A stretch of DNA of 64,000 bases, from IMG/VR virus record IMGVR_UViG_3300014720_002669; one strand, given 5' to 3'. The translations under genes were made by a program, and so were the position numbers. The stretch is from a virus. Under the pieces are notes generated by a model. The model saw only the letters and a list, made by a program, of their open reading frames with translations. It was not told the DNA's origin and searched no databases. Positions 46,596-57,259 of the stretch are shown here, piece after piece. Each line of letters begins with the position of its first letter. Position 1 is the stretch's first letter.

Positions 46596-48986
46596 ATGGC
46601 ACAAGAAATTATCAACATAGGACCTGCACCCAACGACGGGCTAGGGGATCCGCTGCGAACGGCGTTTACCAAAACCAACAACAACTTTAGTCAATTGTTT
46701 GCAGCCGGCGGGGTGAGTGGTATTTCAAATGGCACCAGCAATGTCACTGTGTTACAAGATGCACAAGTGAACATATCATCGGGCAACATATCCAATGTTG
46801 TAGTGGTCACTGCTGTGGGGGCCACAGTCAAAGGCACACTGATTGCCAACGCTGCCATGAGTGCCACGGGCAACATCACTGCAGGACAGTTCTTTTTTGG
46901 CAACGGTTCACAGCTGACCGGTGTGGTGTCTGTAGCTGCGGCTGCGCTGATAACTGGCAACACCCTGAGTTCAAACGTAGTAACCAGCAGTTTGACCACT
47001 GTGGGCACACTGGGCACACTGTCAGTGTCTGGCAACATAACCTCTGGCAACATCAGTTCGCCAGGGCAAGTGGTTGCCACAGGCAACATCACAGGTGGCA
47101 ACTTGTCAGCCACCACACAAATCAATGCCTCGGGCAACATAACCGGCGGCAACTTGATCACTGCAGGTGTGGTAAGTGTGGGTGGTGCTGTGAGTGCAGC
47201 AGGCAATGTCACTGGTGCTTTTCTCATTGGCAACGGCAGTCAAATCAGCGGCTTGAGCATCAGCTCAAATGCTGCACTGTTGGTGGGCACTGTGCTCAGC
47301 GCCAACGTGGTAGACAGCAGCCTGCAGAGTGTGGGTTCATTGAACAGTCTTGTGGTCAGCAATGCCCTGGGAGGTTCAGGCAATGTCACCAGCAACAACG
47401 TCAATGTTGGCACTCAAATTTCTGCCACAGGCAACATCACAGGTGGCAACATCAACACAGCCGGGGTGGTCAGTTCATCAGGCACCATAGTGGCCACAGG
47501 CAACATCACTGGTGGCAATTTGTCAGTTGGTCTAGGCAATATCATTGGTGGCAACATTGACATCAATACAGAAATCAAATCTGGTGCCACTGTCACTGCT
47601 GTGGGCAACATTACAGGCGGCAACCTGCGCACAGCAGGACAAGTATCGGCCACAGGCCTGATCACTGGTGGCAACATAACCACAGTGGGCACAGCCAATC
47701 TCAATGCAGTGACAGTGCCTACCACAGTGTCTGCAGTGGGCAACGTCACTGGTGGCAACGTCAACAGTGGCAACGTGGTATCGGCCACTGGCAACGTGGT
47801 GGCAGGCAATGTGACTTCTCTGGGACTTATCTCCAGCTCAGGCAATGTAACAGCACCCAACTTTATCGGCAATGTGATTGGCAATATCTCGGGCAACTTG
47901 TCTGCACCTGGCGCCAACACACAAGTGATATTCAATGACTCAGCCACTGCCAATGCCACTGCCAATCTGACTTTTGACAAGGCCACAAATGCACTCACTG
48001 CTGCTGGTACCATCACTGGCGGCAATTTGACCACTGGTGGTAATTTGAGCGTAACCGGCGACTCCATACTGGTTGGCAATCTTATAGTGAGTGGTACCAC
48101 CGAATACAACAACGTGACCAATCTTGCCATTCAAGATCCTATTATTACACTGGGGCGCGGTGCCAACAACTCACCATTGGTTTCCACCACCACCACCGAT
48201 CGCGGCGAACAACTGTATTATTATTCTGGCACAGAAAAATCAGCATTTATTGGATATCAATCCAGCTCAGGCAAATTGATTGCCGCGGTGTCTGCTGCTG
48301 TGACCAACGAAATAGTTACTGTAACCACTGCAGGCAGTTTTGTAGTGGGTACCTTGGAAGGTGCTGTGGTTTCAGTAACAGGCAATATCACAGGTGGCAA
48401 TGTGCTGGGTGGTGCCAATGTCAATGCCACCACACACACAGGTACCACAGTTTCAGTCACAGGCAACATCACAGGTGGCAATGTGCTGGGTGGTGCCAAT
48501 GTCAATGCTACCACGCACACAGGTACCACAGCCAGTTTGAGTGGCAACGTCACAGGTGGCAACATCAACACAGCTGGTATTGTCAGTGCTGGCAGCAACG
48601 TGATCAGCGGGGCTTTGGTTCAAGGTGCAAGTTTGAGTGTTACAGGAAACACTGCCACAGTGACCACAGCCAACTACACCATTGGCTACAGAGATCTACC
48701 ACAGATCACTTCATTTGCTACACTGGTTGCAGATGCCGGCGGCAAACACTACTACGGTTCAGGCACCATTACTATTCCTTTGAACAGTACCATTGCATTT
48801 GCTGTGGGCACTGCTGTGTTGATCATTGCCAACGGTGCAACAGTAATCTCGCCAACAGCTGGTGTGACCCTGGTTGAAGCAGGCACAGGCAACACTGGCG
48901 CTAGAAATTTGGCCAGCAATGGACAAGCAACCTTGGTCAAAGTTGGTACCAACACCTGGTATATCTCTGGCGTGGGAATAACCTAA
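46596..48986 (+). CDS. Tail fibre/baseplate protein with GNITGGN repeats
   Basis: N-terminal NDGLGDPLRTAF.K.N.NF (gp9/gp10-like) and many xGNITGGN units; 27-aa duplication near 48370-48530. Confidence 0.8.
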   Translation: MAQEIINIGPAPNDGLGDPLRTAFTKTNNNFSQLFAAGGVSGISNGTSNVTVLQDAQVNISSGNISNVVVVTAVGATVKGTLIANAAMSATGNITAGQFFFGNGSQLTGVVSVAAAALITGNTLSSNVVTSSLTTVGTLGTLSVSGNITSGNISSPGQVVATGNITGGNLSATTQINASGNITGGNLITAGVVSVGGAVSAAGNVTGAFLIGNGSQISGLSISSNAALLVGTVLSANVVDSSLQSVGSLNSLVVSNALGGSGNVTSNNVNVGTQISATGNITGGNINTAGVVSSSGTIVATGNITGGNLSVGLGNIIGGNIDINTEIKSGATVTAVGNITGGNLRTAGQVSATGLITGGNITTVGTANLNAVTVPTTVSAVGNVTGGNVNSGNVVSATGNVVAGNVTSLGLISSSGNVTAPNFIGNVIGNISGNLSAPGANTQVIFNDSATANATANLTFDKATNALTAAGTITGGNLTTGGNLSVTGDSILVGNLIVSGTTEYNNVTNLAIQDPIITLGRGANNSPLVSTTTTDRGEQLYYYSGTEKSAFIGYQSSSGKLIAAVSAAVTNEIVTVTTAGSFVVGTLEGAVVSVTGNITGGNVLGGANVNATTHTGTTVSVTGNITGGNVLGGANVNATTHTGTTASLSGNVTGGNINTAGIVSAGSNVISGALVQGASLSVTGNTATVTTANYTIGYRDLPQITSFATLVADAGGKHYYGSGTITIPLNSTIAFAVGTAVLIIANGATVISPTAGVTLVEAGTGNTGARNLASNGQATLVKVGTNTWYISGVGIT

Positions 48987-49495
48987 TGACTGGTATCATG
49001 GCTGCTGTGGCCGGCACATCACAAAACATAATTTATGCAGCCGGATTGTACAACACCACCACTGGTGTGGATCAGTCTCCCATCACTGGCAGTGTCACTA
49101 TATTCGGCGGCAGCTCCAGTGTCGATCAAACTTGGATAGGATATTTTACTCCTGACAGCACGGCCACAGTGAGTTTGAGTCTACAGACCACAGCATCCAC
49201 CGGGAATTTTTTAGACAGTGCATCAACTACCGGCAGACTCTGGTTGGGCGCCACAGCCAAGTCTGGATTCACTACTGGCAATGCCAACATCACAGCCACA
49301 GGCAATCAAACAGTCAGCGCCAGTTTCCCAATGTCTCTGGGCGTGCGGTATGCCATTCGCATTCAATGGGTTGGAAGTTATAGTGTGGGGGGAGTATTTG
49401 GAGATTCGTCTAGTGGATCGCTGACATTCTTGGCCTCAGGATCCAGCAATGTAACCAATAGAATTTTCTACAACAGCATCACCAATGGCTTCTAA
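48986..49495 (+). CDS. Tail-associated beta-rich protein
   Basis: TAATG-coupled to the fibre gene; WIGYF..P PA14-like strand pattern. Confidence 0.55.
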   Translation: MTGIMAAVAGTSQNIIYAAGLYNTTTGVDQSPITGSVTIFGGSSSVDQTWIGYFTPDSTATVSLSLQTTASTGNFLDSASTTGRLWLGATAKSGFTTGNANITATGNQTVSASFPMSLGVRYAIRIQWVGSYSVGGVFGDSSSGSLTFLASGSSNVTNRIFYNSITNGF

Positions 49496-49530
49496 CCCTA
49501 CAATAAATATGCACAAGGCACAATAATAAC

Positions 49531-52500
49531 ATGGCACAACCTGTATGGATCACTCCCGCTGGCAGCTTGGGCATCATACCCGAGGGCCTGTTCTATCAAC
49601 AGGACATGCTGGCCTATCCTGCCATAACTGGCACAGCCGTGATCAACACTGCTGTGATTGTGAACGTCACAGATTTTGACAACATTGAAATTGGTGATCA
49701 GCTGTACAGCACACTGTTTCCCACATTTACATTTGTTGTGGCTATCAACACCACAAACAAAACCATCACAGTGGATCAACAGGCCCTGAATGATGCTGTG
49801 GCCACAGACATTGCCTACATAGGTGGCCAGATATTTTACAGCGTCATCAGCGGACTGCTGCCACAGGGCATACAACTTACCAATGCTGGTACCATCACTG
49901 GAGTTTCCTTTGCATCTGCCAGTCAGCAAGGTGTGCCAGTGCCGGTCAACAAAAACGTCACCAGCAAGTTTGCCATCAGAGCATACACCACCAAAGTGGT
50001 CAATGGCCAAACAGTGGTGGCACGACTGCGTGATCGAACCTTTGATCTCACCATCAGCGGCAATGATGTGCCAGACTTTGTCACGCCTGCTGGCAGCATA
50101 GGCACGTTCTACGACGGTGACGAAGTTGACATTCAAATACAATTCACTGACGTTGACCCCGACGAAACCATTGCAGTGACTTTGCTTGATGGCTCAATGC
50201 CACTGGGTCTGACCTTGACCAGTCTGGGGCGTATTTCAGGATACATTGCTCCGTTTCCCAATGTCAACGAACCCCCGGGCTATGACTTAGATCCAATCAG
50301 TGTGTTGCCATTTGACTTTGTGGTCAGTGCCATCAACAAAAACTATCAATTTACCCTGGAAGTGTCTGACGGCAAAAGCAGCAGCATACGCACCTTTACT
50401 ATATTTGTGTATGACCGGTCTGAGCTCACAGCTGACACCACTGAGATTTTGGGCGATACCACTGAGGTGGATGCCAGCCAGACCACTGAACGAGCTCCAT
50501 TCTTGACCAATGCCGAACCCACCAGTATTGGTCGTGTGCGCAGTGACAATTATTTTGCTTATCAATTTTTAGGCGACGACTACGACACCGCAGACATTGA
50601 ATATCTCATCACAGTAAATCAAGGCCTGGGCTTGCCGCCAGGGCTTACACTGGACGCCACGTCAGGTTGGCTGTATGGCTATATTCCCGATCAGGGCATA
50701 ACTGAAATTACCTACAGCTTTTACATTCAGGTACGGCAAGTGGACAACCCAGCCATCACCAGCCAGCTGTACCCATTTACTATTACCATTATTGCCATTG
50801 ACGACGATGCTGCTTTCTGGGTGACTGACGCTGACCTTGGTGTAGTGGAAAACGGCAGCACCAGCCTGCTGTATGTGGAAGCTCAGGCTCGCAACGGGGC
50901 AGTGCTGAACTATCGTCTCAAATCTGGTGCATTCAATCAGTTGCCACAAGGACTGGAATTGTTGGCCACTGGCGAATTGGCCGGCAGAATAACTTTCAAT
51001 ACATTTGCACTGGATCTGGGATCAACCACATTTGACATTGATCTTGGAGTGACCACGGGCATAGATCCCACCACGTTTGACAGCAAATTTACATTTGAGA
51101 TCAATGCATTTGCACCTGGCAGCAATCAGGCCTTGTACAAGGTCATTGGCATCACTGTGATCAGTGGCGGCACAGGTTATAATTCAGCCACCCCGCCTAC
51201 CATTGTGTTCAGCAATCCAGCAGGTAGCACAGCAGTGGCAGCTGTGGCAGGTGCAGCAGTGATTTCAGCTGGTGTTATTGTGAGTGTGCCAGTGGTAAAT
51301 CCTGGCTCAGGATACCTGTCAACACCCACTGTGACCATCACTGCAGGATTTGGTGGCAGTGGTGCTGTGTTGCAGGCACAGATCCAACAAGTGGCCAGCA
51401 TAGATTCAATCAGTGTGTTCAAAACATTCACTGTCACTGTGGATCGTGAATACAACTATCCCTATCAAAATCTCTTTTGCCTGGCACTGCCACCAGCCAA
51501 TGATCGACTGTTGTTGAATCAACTGTTGACCAATCAAGAAATTTTTGTGCCTGAATTTATCTATCGTCCGCAAGATGCCAATTTTGGTGTGAGCACACGA
51601 GTCAAGTACGAACATGCCTATGGACTTGCACCAGAATCCATTGACACTTATGTCAGCAGCTTGTACACCAGTCACTACTGGAAAAATCTCATACTGGGCG
51701 GTATCAACACTGCTCAGGCCCTGGACGCTAGTGGCAATGTGGTATATGAAGTGGTCTACAGCAAAATCATTGACAACTTGGTCAACAATGTTGGCCAAAG
51801 CGTGAATCGCATTGTGAATTTGCCCTACAGTATCATTGATCCTGCAGATGGCAGCACCGTGGTCACACAGGTGTATCCCAACAGTTTGAAAAACATGCGG
51901 GATCAGGTCATAGACGTGGTTGGGCAGATCAGCACCAAACTACCACTGTGGATGACTAGCAAACAAACCAATGGTCGTGTGCTGGGATTCACACCAGCCT
52001 GGGTGATATGTTATGCACAACCTGGACGCAGTGCGCAGATTGCTTATTACATTCAAGAATATTTTGCACAAAATTTAAACACTGTGGATTTCAAAGTGGA
52101 TCGATATGTGTTGGATCGAACACTGAGCAAAAATTGGAACACCCAGTCTCAGACTTGGACACCACAAGGTACATTGACCACTTTTGATTTCCAGAATACC
52201 ACTGGCTTTGAAAACCTGGGATTGGTACAGTGTGCTACCAATCTAGGCTACTCGGACATAAACTATCGTACCATTGGTGAGATAAACGCCAATGGCGGTA
52301 TAGACGGGCTCACTGCTATTTCGTCACCAGGTGTGGATCCTCCACCAGGCACTAGAGTGCTGGTAACCTCAGGTACCAAGATAGTATTTGTAAAACAGCA
52401 AGATTACGGCAATTATACCACCACGGACGATGCCTGGCAGGATTATGTCATACTGTATGACAGTGTGGGATTTGATGCTCCCGGCACCACATTTGACGAG

Positions 52501-53124
52501 GCTGTGACCATACCAGGTGGAGAAAATTTGGTCTGTACAAACACTGTTGCCAGCACTGATCGTATCACCATTAGCAGCACAGCTGACATGGATCCTGGAG
52601 ACACCATATGGTTCACAGGCGATGTGTTTGGGGGTGTGATAAGCTTCAACACCAACAATCAAGTTTATTACATTTTGGATGTGCCCAGTGCCACTGAATT
52701 TCGAATCACTGCCACACCTGGCGACACTACTCCTGTGGCATTGAGCGATGCCTCAGGTTCAATGAATGCTTTCTGGGGCAACTACAGAATGGGCATTTGG
52801 GAAATCACTGTGGTGCCCGGCGCCACTGCAACAGAACCCAGCACACTGCAACTGTCACTGATACAACAAACTTCGCCCAATCAATACCTGCAGGTCACAC
52901 AAGGGCAATTCTACAACACAGCTCAGTTGTACAGACCCACAGTACCAGGTCCTGCACTCACAGTGATCAACTGGCAACCTTTTATCACAGCAGTTGTGTC
53001 AGTCACATCAGAAACCACGTTTGACACAGCCAGCATGCAATTTATCGCACCGGTTGATATGTACACCACAAGCGATGCACTGGATAAATATCTGGTATTC
53101 CCCAAGACCAATATCTTGGTATAA
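49531..53124 (+). CDS. Large baseplate/virion protein with Ig-like (He_PIG) repeats
   Basis: Repeated P.W.T.AG.LG and G.LP.GL.L...G.I.G; TAAATA upstream. Confidence 0.75.
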   Translation: MAQPVWITPAGSLGIIPEGLFYQQDMLAYPAITGTAVINTAVIVNVTDFDNIEIGDQLYSTLFPTFTFVVAINTTNKTITVDQQALNDAVATDIAYIGGQIFYSVISGLLPQGIQLTNAGTITGVSFASASQQGVPVPVNKNVTSKFAIRAYTTKVVNGQTVVARLRDRTFDLTISGNDVPDFVTPAGSIGTFYDGDEVDIQIQFTDVDPDETIAVTLLDGSMPLGLTLTSLGRISGYIAPFPNVNEPPGYDLDPISVLPFDFVVSAINKNYQFTLEVSDGKSSSIRTFTIFVYDRSELTADTTEILGDTTEVDASQTTERAPFLTNAEPTSIGRVRSDNYFAYQFLGDDYDTADIEYLITVNQGLGLPPGLTLDATSGWLYGYIPDQGITEITYSFYIQVRQVDNPAITSQLYPFTITIIAIDDDAAFWVTDADLGVVENGSTSLLYVEAQARNGAVLNYRLKSGAFNQLPQGLELLATGELAGRITFNTFALDLGSTTFDIDLGVTTGIDPTTFDSKFTFEINAFAPGSNQALYKVIGITVISGGTGYNSATPPTIVFSNPAGSTAVAAVAGAAVISAGVIVSVPVVNPGSGYLSTPTVTITAGFGGSGAVLQAQIQQVASIDSISVFKTFTVTVDREYNYPYQNLFCLALPPANDRLLLNQLLTNQEIFVPEFIYRPQDANFGVSTRVKYEHAYGLAPESIDTYVSSLYTSHYWKNLILGGINTAQALDASGNVVYEVVYSKIIDNLVNNVGQSVNRIVNLPYSIIDPADGSTVVTQVYPNSLKNMRDQVIDVVGQISTKLPLWMTSKQTNGRVLGFTPAWVICYAQPGRSAQIAYYIQEYFAQNLNTVDFKVDRYVLDRTLSKNWNTQSQTWTPQGTLTTFDFQNTTGFENLGLVQCATNLGYSDINYRTIGEINANGGIDGLTAISSPGVDPPPGTRVLVTSGTKIVFVKQQDYGNYTTTDDAWQDYVILYDSVGFDAPGTTFDEAVTIPGGENLVCTNTVASTDRITISSTADMDPGDTIWFTGDVFGGVISFNTNNQVYYILDVPSATEFRITATPGDTTPVALSDASGSMNAFWGNYRMGIWEITVVPGATATEPSTLQLSLIQQTSPNQYLQVTQGQFYNTAQLYRPTVPGPALTVINWQPFITAVVSVTSETTFDTASMQFIAPVDMYTTSDALDKYLVFPKTNILV

Positions 53125-53135
53125 CAAGGACCAAA

Positions 53136-54641
53136 ATGACAAGCAGTATCAACCCAAACAACATCGACGGCGGCTACCCCATTGCCGGCCAAGACAACAA
53201 TTCTCAAGGATTTCGTGACAATTTCACAGAAACCAAAGTGAATTTTCAGTATGCAGCCACCGAAATAACTGATCTTCAGACCAAAGCGGTGTTAAAAGCA
53301 GCATTGTCTGGTACTACTTTGGACAACAACATGGCCGACAATCTGTTGTATGCTGCCAAGATACAAGACTTTTCGGCCACTCGAGTGGCCATTACTCCTG
53401 TGAGTGGCACACTTACTCTGAACTATGCCAGCGCACACTACCAAACATATGACACTGCCACTGCAGGCAGTGTGACCTTGGCATTCAACAATCTTCCATC
53501 ATCAGGGTCTTATGGTCTAGTGCGTCTGCAACTCACAGTCAGCAGTGTGGCTCATACTTTGACTTTGCCTATCCCAGTCAGTGTGGGCATTACTGGTATT
53601 CAAGGTATTGCGCCAGGCACAGCAGGTGTGACCAATACCATAACTTTTTCTGCCACTGGGGTGTTTGAATTTGCGTTTGGCACATACGATGGCGGCTCGG
53701 CCATAACCATTTTTGACTTGAATCGTCCGCTGACCAACTACGGTGGTTCCAGTGTTGCGGTTGGCAATATTTCAGCTTCTGGCACAGCCAACGTCACAGG
53801 CAATGTCAACGGTGGTAATTTGCGCACAGCGGGTTTGATATCAGCCACTGGCAGTGTGTCGGCCACTGGCAACATACAAGGTGGCAATGTGATTGCTTTG
53901 GGCATTAGCAGTGCCATAGGCAATTTGACTGGCGGCAATGTGCTCACAGGAGGTTTGATAGCTGCTGTAGGAAATATCACTGGCTTTATCACGCCACTAG
54001 CAGGCACTGCCACAACAGCTCCCTTGAACTTTGTTTCGGGTACCTTGAATACCACTGCTATTGCTGGAGCACTAGAATATGACGGTGTGGTCATGTACGG
54101 TACCCCGCAAGGCAGTCAGCGCGGTGTGTTAGATACCACACATTTTATGTGTTTGACAGTGGACTACACTGGCAATGATTCTGCCACAGCACAGAAAGTG
54201 TTCAACGTGGGCACAGGTGCTGCAGGTGCCATCACACTGCCGGCCGCGACCAGTTATTTCATGGAAGCAGTGTACTACATCACTCGAAGCGTGGGTACAA
54301 CTTCTCACAACTTCAGCACACTGTTTGCTCTGAGCGGCACACTGACCAGTATCAGTTACACTGTGGATACCACCAGCACCACTGGTAATACCCTGGGCAC
54401 AGTCAGCAGAATCTATGCCACAGCGGCCACCGCCGTTGTGTGTACAGCAAACAGCACATCAGCCACTGAAAATATCACAGTGGTCATACGCGGCGTGATA
54501 CGAACCAACTCAGCAGGCACTTTCACTCCGCAGTTCAAGTATGACACGCCTCCTGGTGGTGCACCGTCAATATTGAAAAACAGCTATATCAAACTCACAC
54601 CCATGGGAACCAATTCTGTTACATCTGTGGGCAATTGGTAA
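53136..54641 (+). CDS. Tail/baseplate structural protein
   Basis: YPIAGQDNNSQGFRDNF N-terminus and GN.TGGN repeats. Confidence 0.7.
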   Translation: MTSSINPNNIDGGYPIAGQDNNSQGFRDNFTETKVNFQYAATEITDLQTKAVLKAALSGTTLDNNMADNLLYAAKIQDFSATRVAITPVSGTLTLNYASAHYQTYDTATAGSVTLAFNNLPSSGSYGLVRLQLTVSSVAHTLTLPIPVSVGITGIQGIAPGTAGVTNTITFSATGVFEFAFGTYDGGSAITIFDLNRPLTNYGGSSVAVGNISASGTANVTGNVNGGNLRTAGLISATGSVSATGNIQGGNVIALGISSAIGNLTGGNVLTGGLIAAVGNITGFITPLAGTATTAPLNFVSGTLNTTAIAGALEYDGVVMYGTPQGSQRGVLDTTHFMCLTVDYTGNDSATAQKVFNVGTGAAGAITLPAATSYFMEAVYYITRSVGTTSHNFSTLFALSGTLTSISYTVDTTSTTGNTLGTVSRIYATAATAVVCTANSTSATENITVVIRGVIRTNSAGTFTPQFKYDTPPGGAPSILKNSYIKLTPMGTNSVTSVGNW

Positions 54642-54685
54642 AACACAGCATTGACTATCAGCGGATAATTTAGTACAATAACACT

Positions 54686-55518
54686 ATGGAACATCCGCTG
54701 ATAGGCTCACTTGATGATCAAACGCTGGAACAACTCAGCACCCGAATCAATGATCTAGCCAAAAAATTAAGCATTGCTGCCAGATCAGGCAATGGACATT
54801 TGTGCAATCAAATACGCATGGCCATGACCAACTATCAAAATATGTATCAAACCAAACTGCAAGAAAGTTACCGCAAAGCACAAGGTGACTCCAACTTTGA
54901 CGACAAAATCAACATTCAATGAACGTTAGACTTCAATATGACATGGAATTCCTGGCAGGAATCTACTATGATCAACAACTACACATCAACAGTTATTCTG
55001 TCACGCTGAATCTTGTGACTCGTTCAACTCATGCTCAAATCACCAACATAGCCATGGATCGGTTGCGGGCTTTTGTAGTAACCGAACTGGCCAACACAGT
55101 GTTTGTAAATCAAAACCTTTTGGAACAGGCTGAAATGCTCAGTGTAATGGGCGTAAATGTCACAACATTGCCTGAGGAACCAGTTGACCAAATCATTGGC
55201 ATGATGTTATACTACAAACTCAATGCCATCATGGAAGGGCGCATGACTGTGGACAGCCTGGACTTGTCGAGTGTGTTGGGCGATTCAGTTTGGTACAGAC
55301 ACGACGAAGACGACTTGCCGGGACCGTTTGCTGATCAAGGCTGGTGGCACGAACCAAACACTCGACACCATGATCTTGGGCAGGATCAATCACATGACAA
55401 TGTGCTCAAGGTCATGCCCAACTCATGGAGTGAATACGGACTTCAATGGTTGGAAGATGCCACTGATGGCACTGGTAATACTGTGGTATTTGCAAATTTC
55501 CAAAAAAATGAAGACTGA
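54686..55518 (+). other. Two hypothetical ORFs (54686-54922, 54919-55518)
   Basis: Promoter TTGACT-N17-TACAAT with leaderless ATG; ATGA overlap. Confidence 0.65.
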
Positions 55519-56020
55519 TCAATACGGACAAATCATCTACTCAGAGTCAGATCTTGTGAACATGGTCATGCGTGGCGTGCCTGTGTCACAGATGACGGGA
55601 ATGTTGGTAGAACAGGGACTGACCTTGGAATCTGCTGCTGAATATTTGGAACAAATGCCGGACCTTGTTGCTTATCAAATGAACACTGCCACAGTGGCCG
55701 AGTGGGATGCTGTGAATCAACGCCAGTGGCACATGCCTGGGGAATACAAAAATTTGGACATTGCCGAACTGGTACTGAATCTGTGTACCACCGATGCTGA
55801 ACTTCAACGCTGTGGGGCAGAACTGCTGATGTTTCAAGAACGAGACTTGTTTAATTTGTTGCGGTACTTGAAATATCTTGTGGATACACTGGAGGCCAAT
55901 CGCATGATCTGGGGTGTGGGGCGAGGCAGTTCAGTGGCCAGTTATGTGTTGTACAAACTGAGAGTGCACAGAATTGACAGCCTTTACTATGATTTAGATC
56001 CCACAGAATTCCTGCGTTAA
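55508..56020 (+). CDS. N-terminal fragment of a split DnaE-type polymerase
   Basis: R..EL..F....L..L.YLVD....WGVGRGSSVASYVLY...HRID..YDL...EFLR*, stopping just before the PDID motif. Confidence 0.8.
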   Translation: MKTDQYGQIIYSESDLVNMVMRGVPVSQMTGMLVEQGLTLESAAEYLEQMPDLVAYQMNTATVAEWDAVNQRQWHMPGEYKNLDIAELVLNLCTTDAELQRCGAELLMFQERDLFNLLRYLKYLVDTLEANRMIWGVGRGSSVASYVLYKLRVHRIDSLYYDLDPTEFLR

Positions 56021-56042
56021 ATAGAATTTTAGGAGAGAGACA

Positions 56043-56273
56043 ATGACCAAAGATATTTACAAAAGTGCCAAAGGCAAACCGGTAGACATGGGCGCATTGC
56101 GTTTAAAAAATGAGCAAACTGTGGCCGTAGGCAACATGAAAGTCAATGCCAGAGGCGACAAAATTGACGAGCAAGGACAAATCATTGCCAGCAAACCTGC
56201 ACAAGTAAATGAGCAGTACAATCAACAGCTGGCTGACAAAATGACCAGCCATAAATGGAACCTTGAAGGATGA
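56043..56273 (+). CDS. Hypothetical phage protein
   Basis: GK.VDM..L...E...AVGNMKVNARGD; TAAATA plus AGGAG. Confidence 0.7.
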   Translation: MTKDIYKSAKGKPVDMGALRLKNEQTVAVGNMKVNARGDKIDEQGQIIASKPAQVNEQYNQQLADKMTSHKWNLEG

Positions 56274-56647
56274 AGGCAGCATATTCAGCACACAGAATTA
56301 GCAAACTACAAGCATTGAGCGATTCAGTGTTGGTAGAAGACATGACCTTTGACGAACGTATTTCAAATGGCGGCATTGTGTTGTTGAACGACAATGGCAA
56401 GAGTTCAGGTATTCGCCCTCGTTGGGGCAGAGTATATGCCACAGGCCCAGAGCAAACGGATGTACGTGTGGGTGAGTGGATACTGGTGGCACACGGACGT
56501 TGGACACGTGGCTTGGACATAGAAGATGATGAGGGCAAACGCACCATCCGTAAAATTGATCCCAAAGACATATTAATGAGTGCAGATGAACGCCCTGCAG
56601 ATGTCACCTTTTCAGACGCCATCAACGTTGAGAAAAAAGAACGATGA
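56270..56647 (+). CDS. groES: Co-chaperonin GroES-like
   Basis: L.D.VLV..ERISNGGIVL..GRVYATGP...VRVGEWILV. Confidence 0.8.
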   Translation: MKAAYSAHRISKLQALSDSVLVEDMTFDERISNGGIVLLNDNGKSSGIRPRWGRVYATGPEQTDVRVGEWILVAHGRWTRGLDIEDDEGKRTIRKIDPKDILMSADERPADVTFSDAINVEKKER

Positions 56648-57062
56648 TCATAAACTGGGATGCTGATCGAGTCATCGGCGAATGCCAAAAAATGTACCAC
56701 GGAGCAAATGATCCGTATGTCACAGGTTGGAACAATTGGCCTTGCAAACAAGACCTATATCGTGTAAAATTTGCTGTGGACGAGATGTTAAAGAATACCA
56801 GCCGATTCTCAGGCGAAGATGAATGGCTGCTGGAACAAGAAAAAGAGCAAATGTGGAAGGTATTAAAATCATGATTGAAGTTCAACCCAAAGATCCAAGT
56901 CGGGGACATTTTTATGTCAGCCTTGTCAAAAGTGCATTGCGAATCATAGCAGGTGGCTGTATAATTGCGGCAGGATATTCTATCAACCAACCTTGGCTTG
57001 TTGCAGGCGGTGCATTACTACTTGGAGCAGAACTTTTAGGTATTGTAGAGGAATTGGTTTGA
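56644..57062 (+). other. Two small ORFs (56644-56874; membrane protein 56871-57062)
   Basis: ATGA-coupled. Confidence 0.55.
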
Positions 57063-57259
57063 ACATCAACTGTGAAAAGTGCAACGCTACATTTGAATGT
57101 GGTGCTCACACTGGACACTGCTGGTGCTTTGAATTAGAACACATTACTCCCGACAATTGCGGCACAAACTGTTTGTGCCAATCCTGTTTGCAACAACTAG
57201 TAGACGACAAAAATGAAACAACTCTGGACCGAAAAGTACCGCCCCAACACACTAATTGA
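57059..57259 (+). CDS. Cysteine-rich CWC family protein
   Basis: CEKC..FEC...CWC...CLC..CL. Confidence 0.65.
   Translation: MNINCEKCNATFECGAHTGHCWCFELEHITPDNCGTNCLCQSCLQQLVDDKNETTLDRKVPPQHTN

Noticed and set aside
45670-48560. Direct repeats as a possible CRISPR array or DGR template/variable pair
   Set aside because: Repeats are in-frame protein repeats without unique spacers; no cas or reverse transcriptase gene and no A-specific mismatch pattern seen.
44923-48955. Long antisense ORFs over the tail-fibre genes
   Set aside because: They arise from Gly/Thr/Ala codon bias of the real genes; no SD or motifs.
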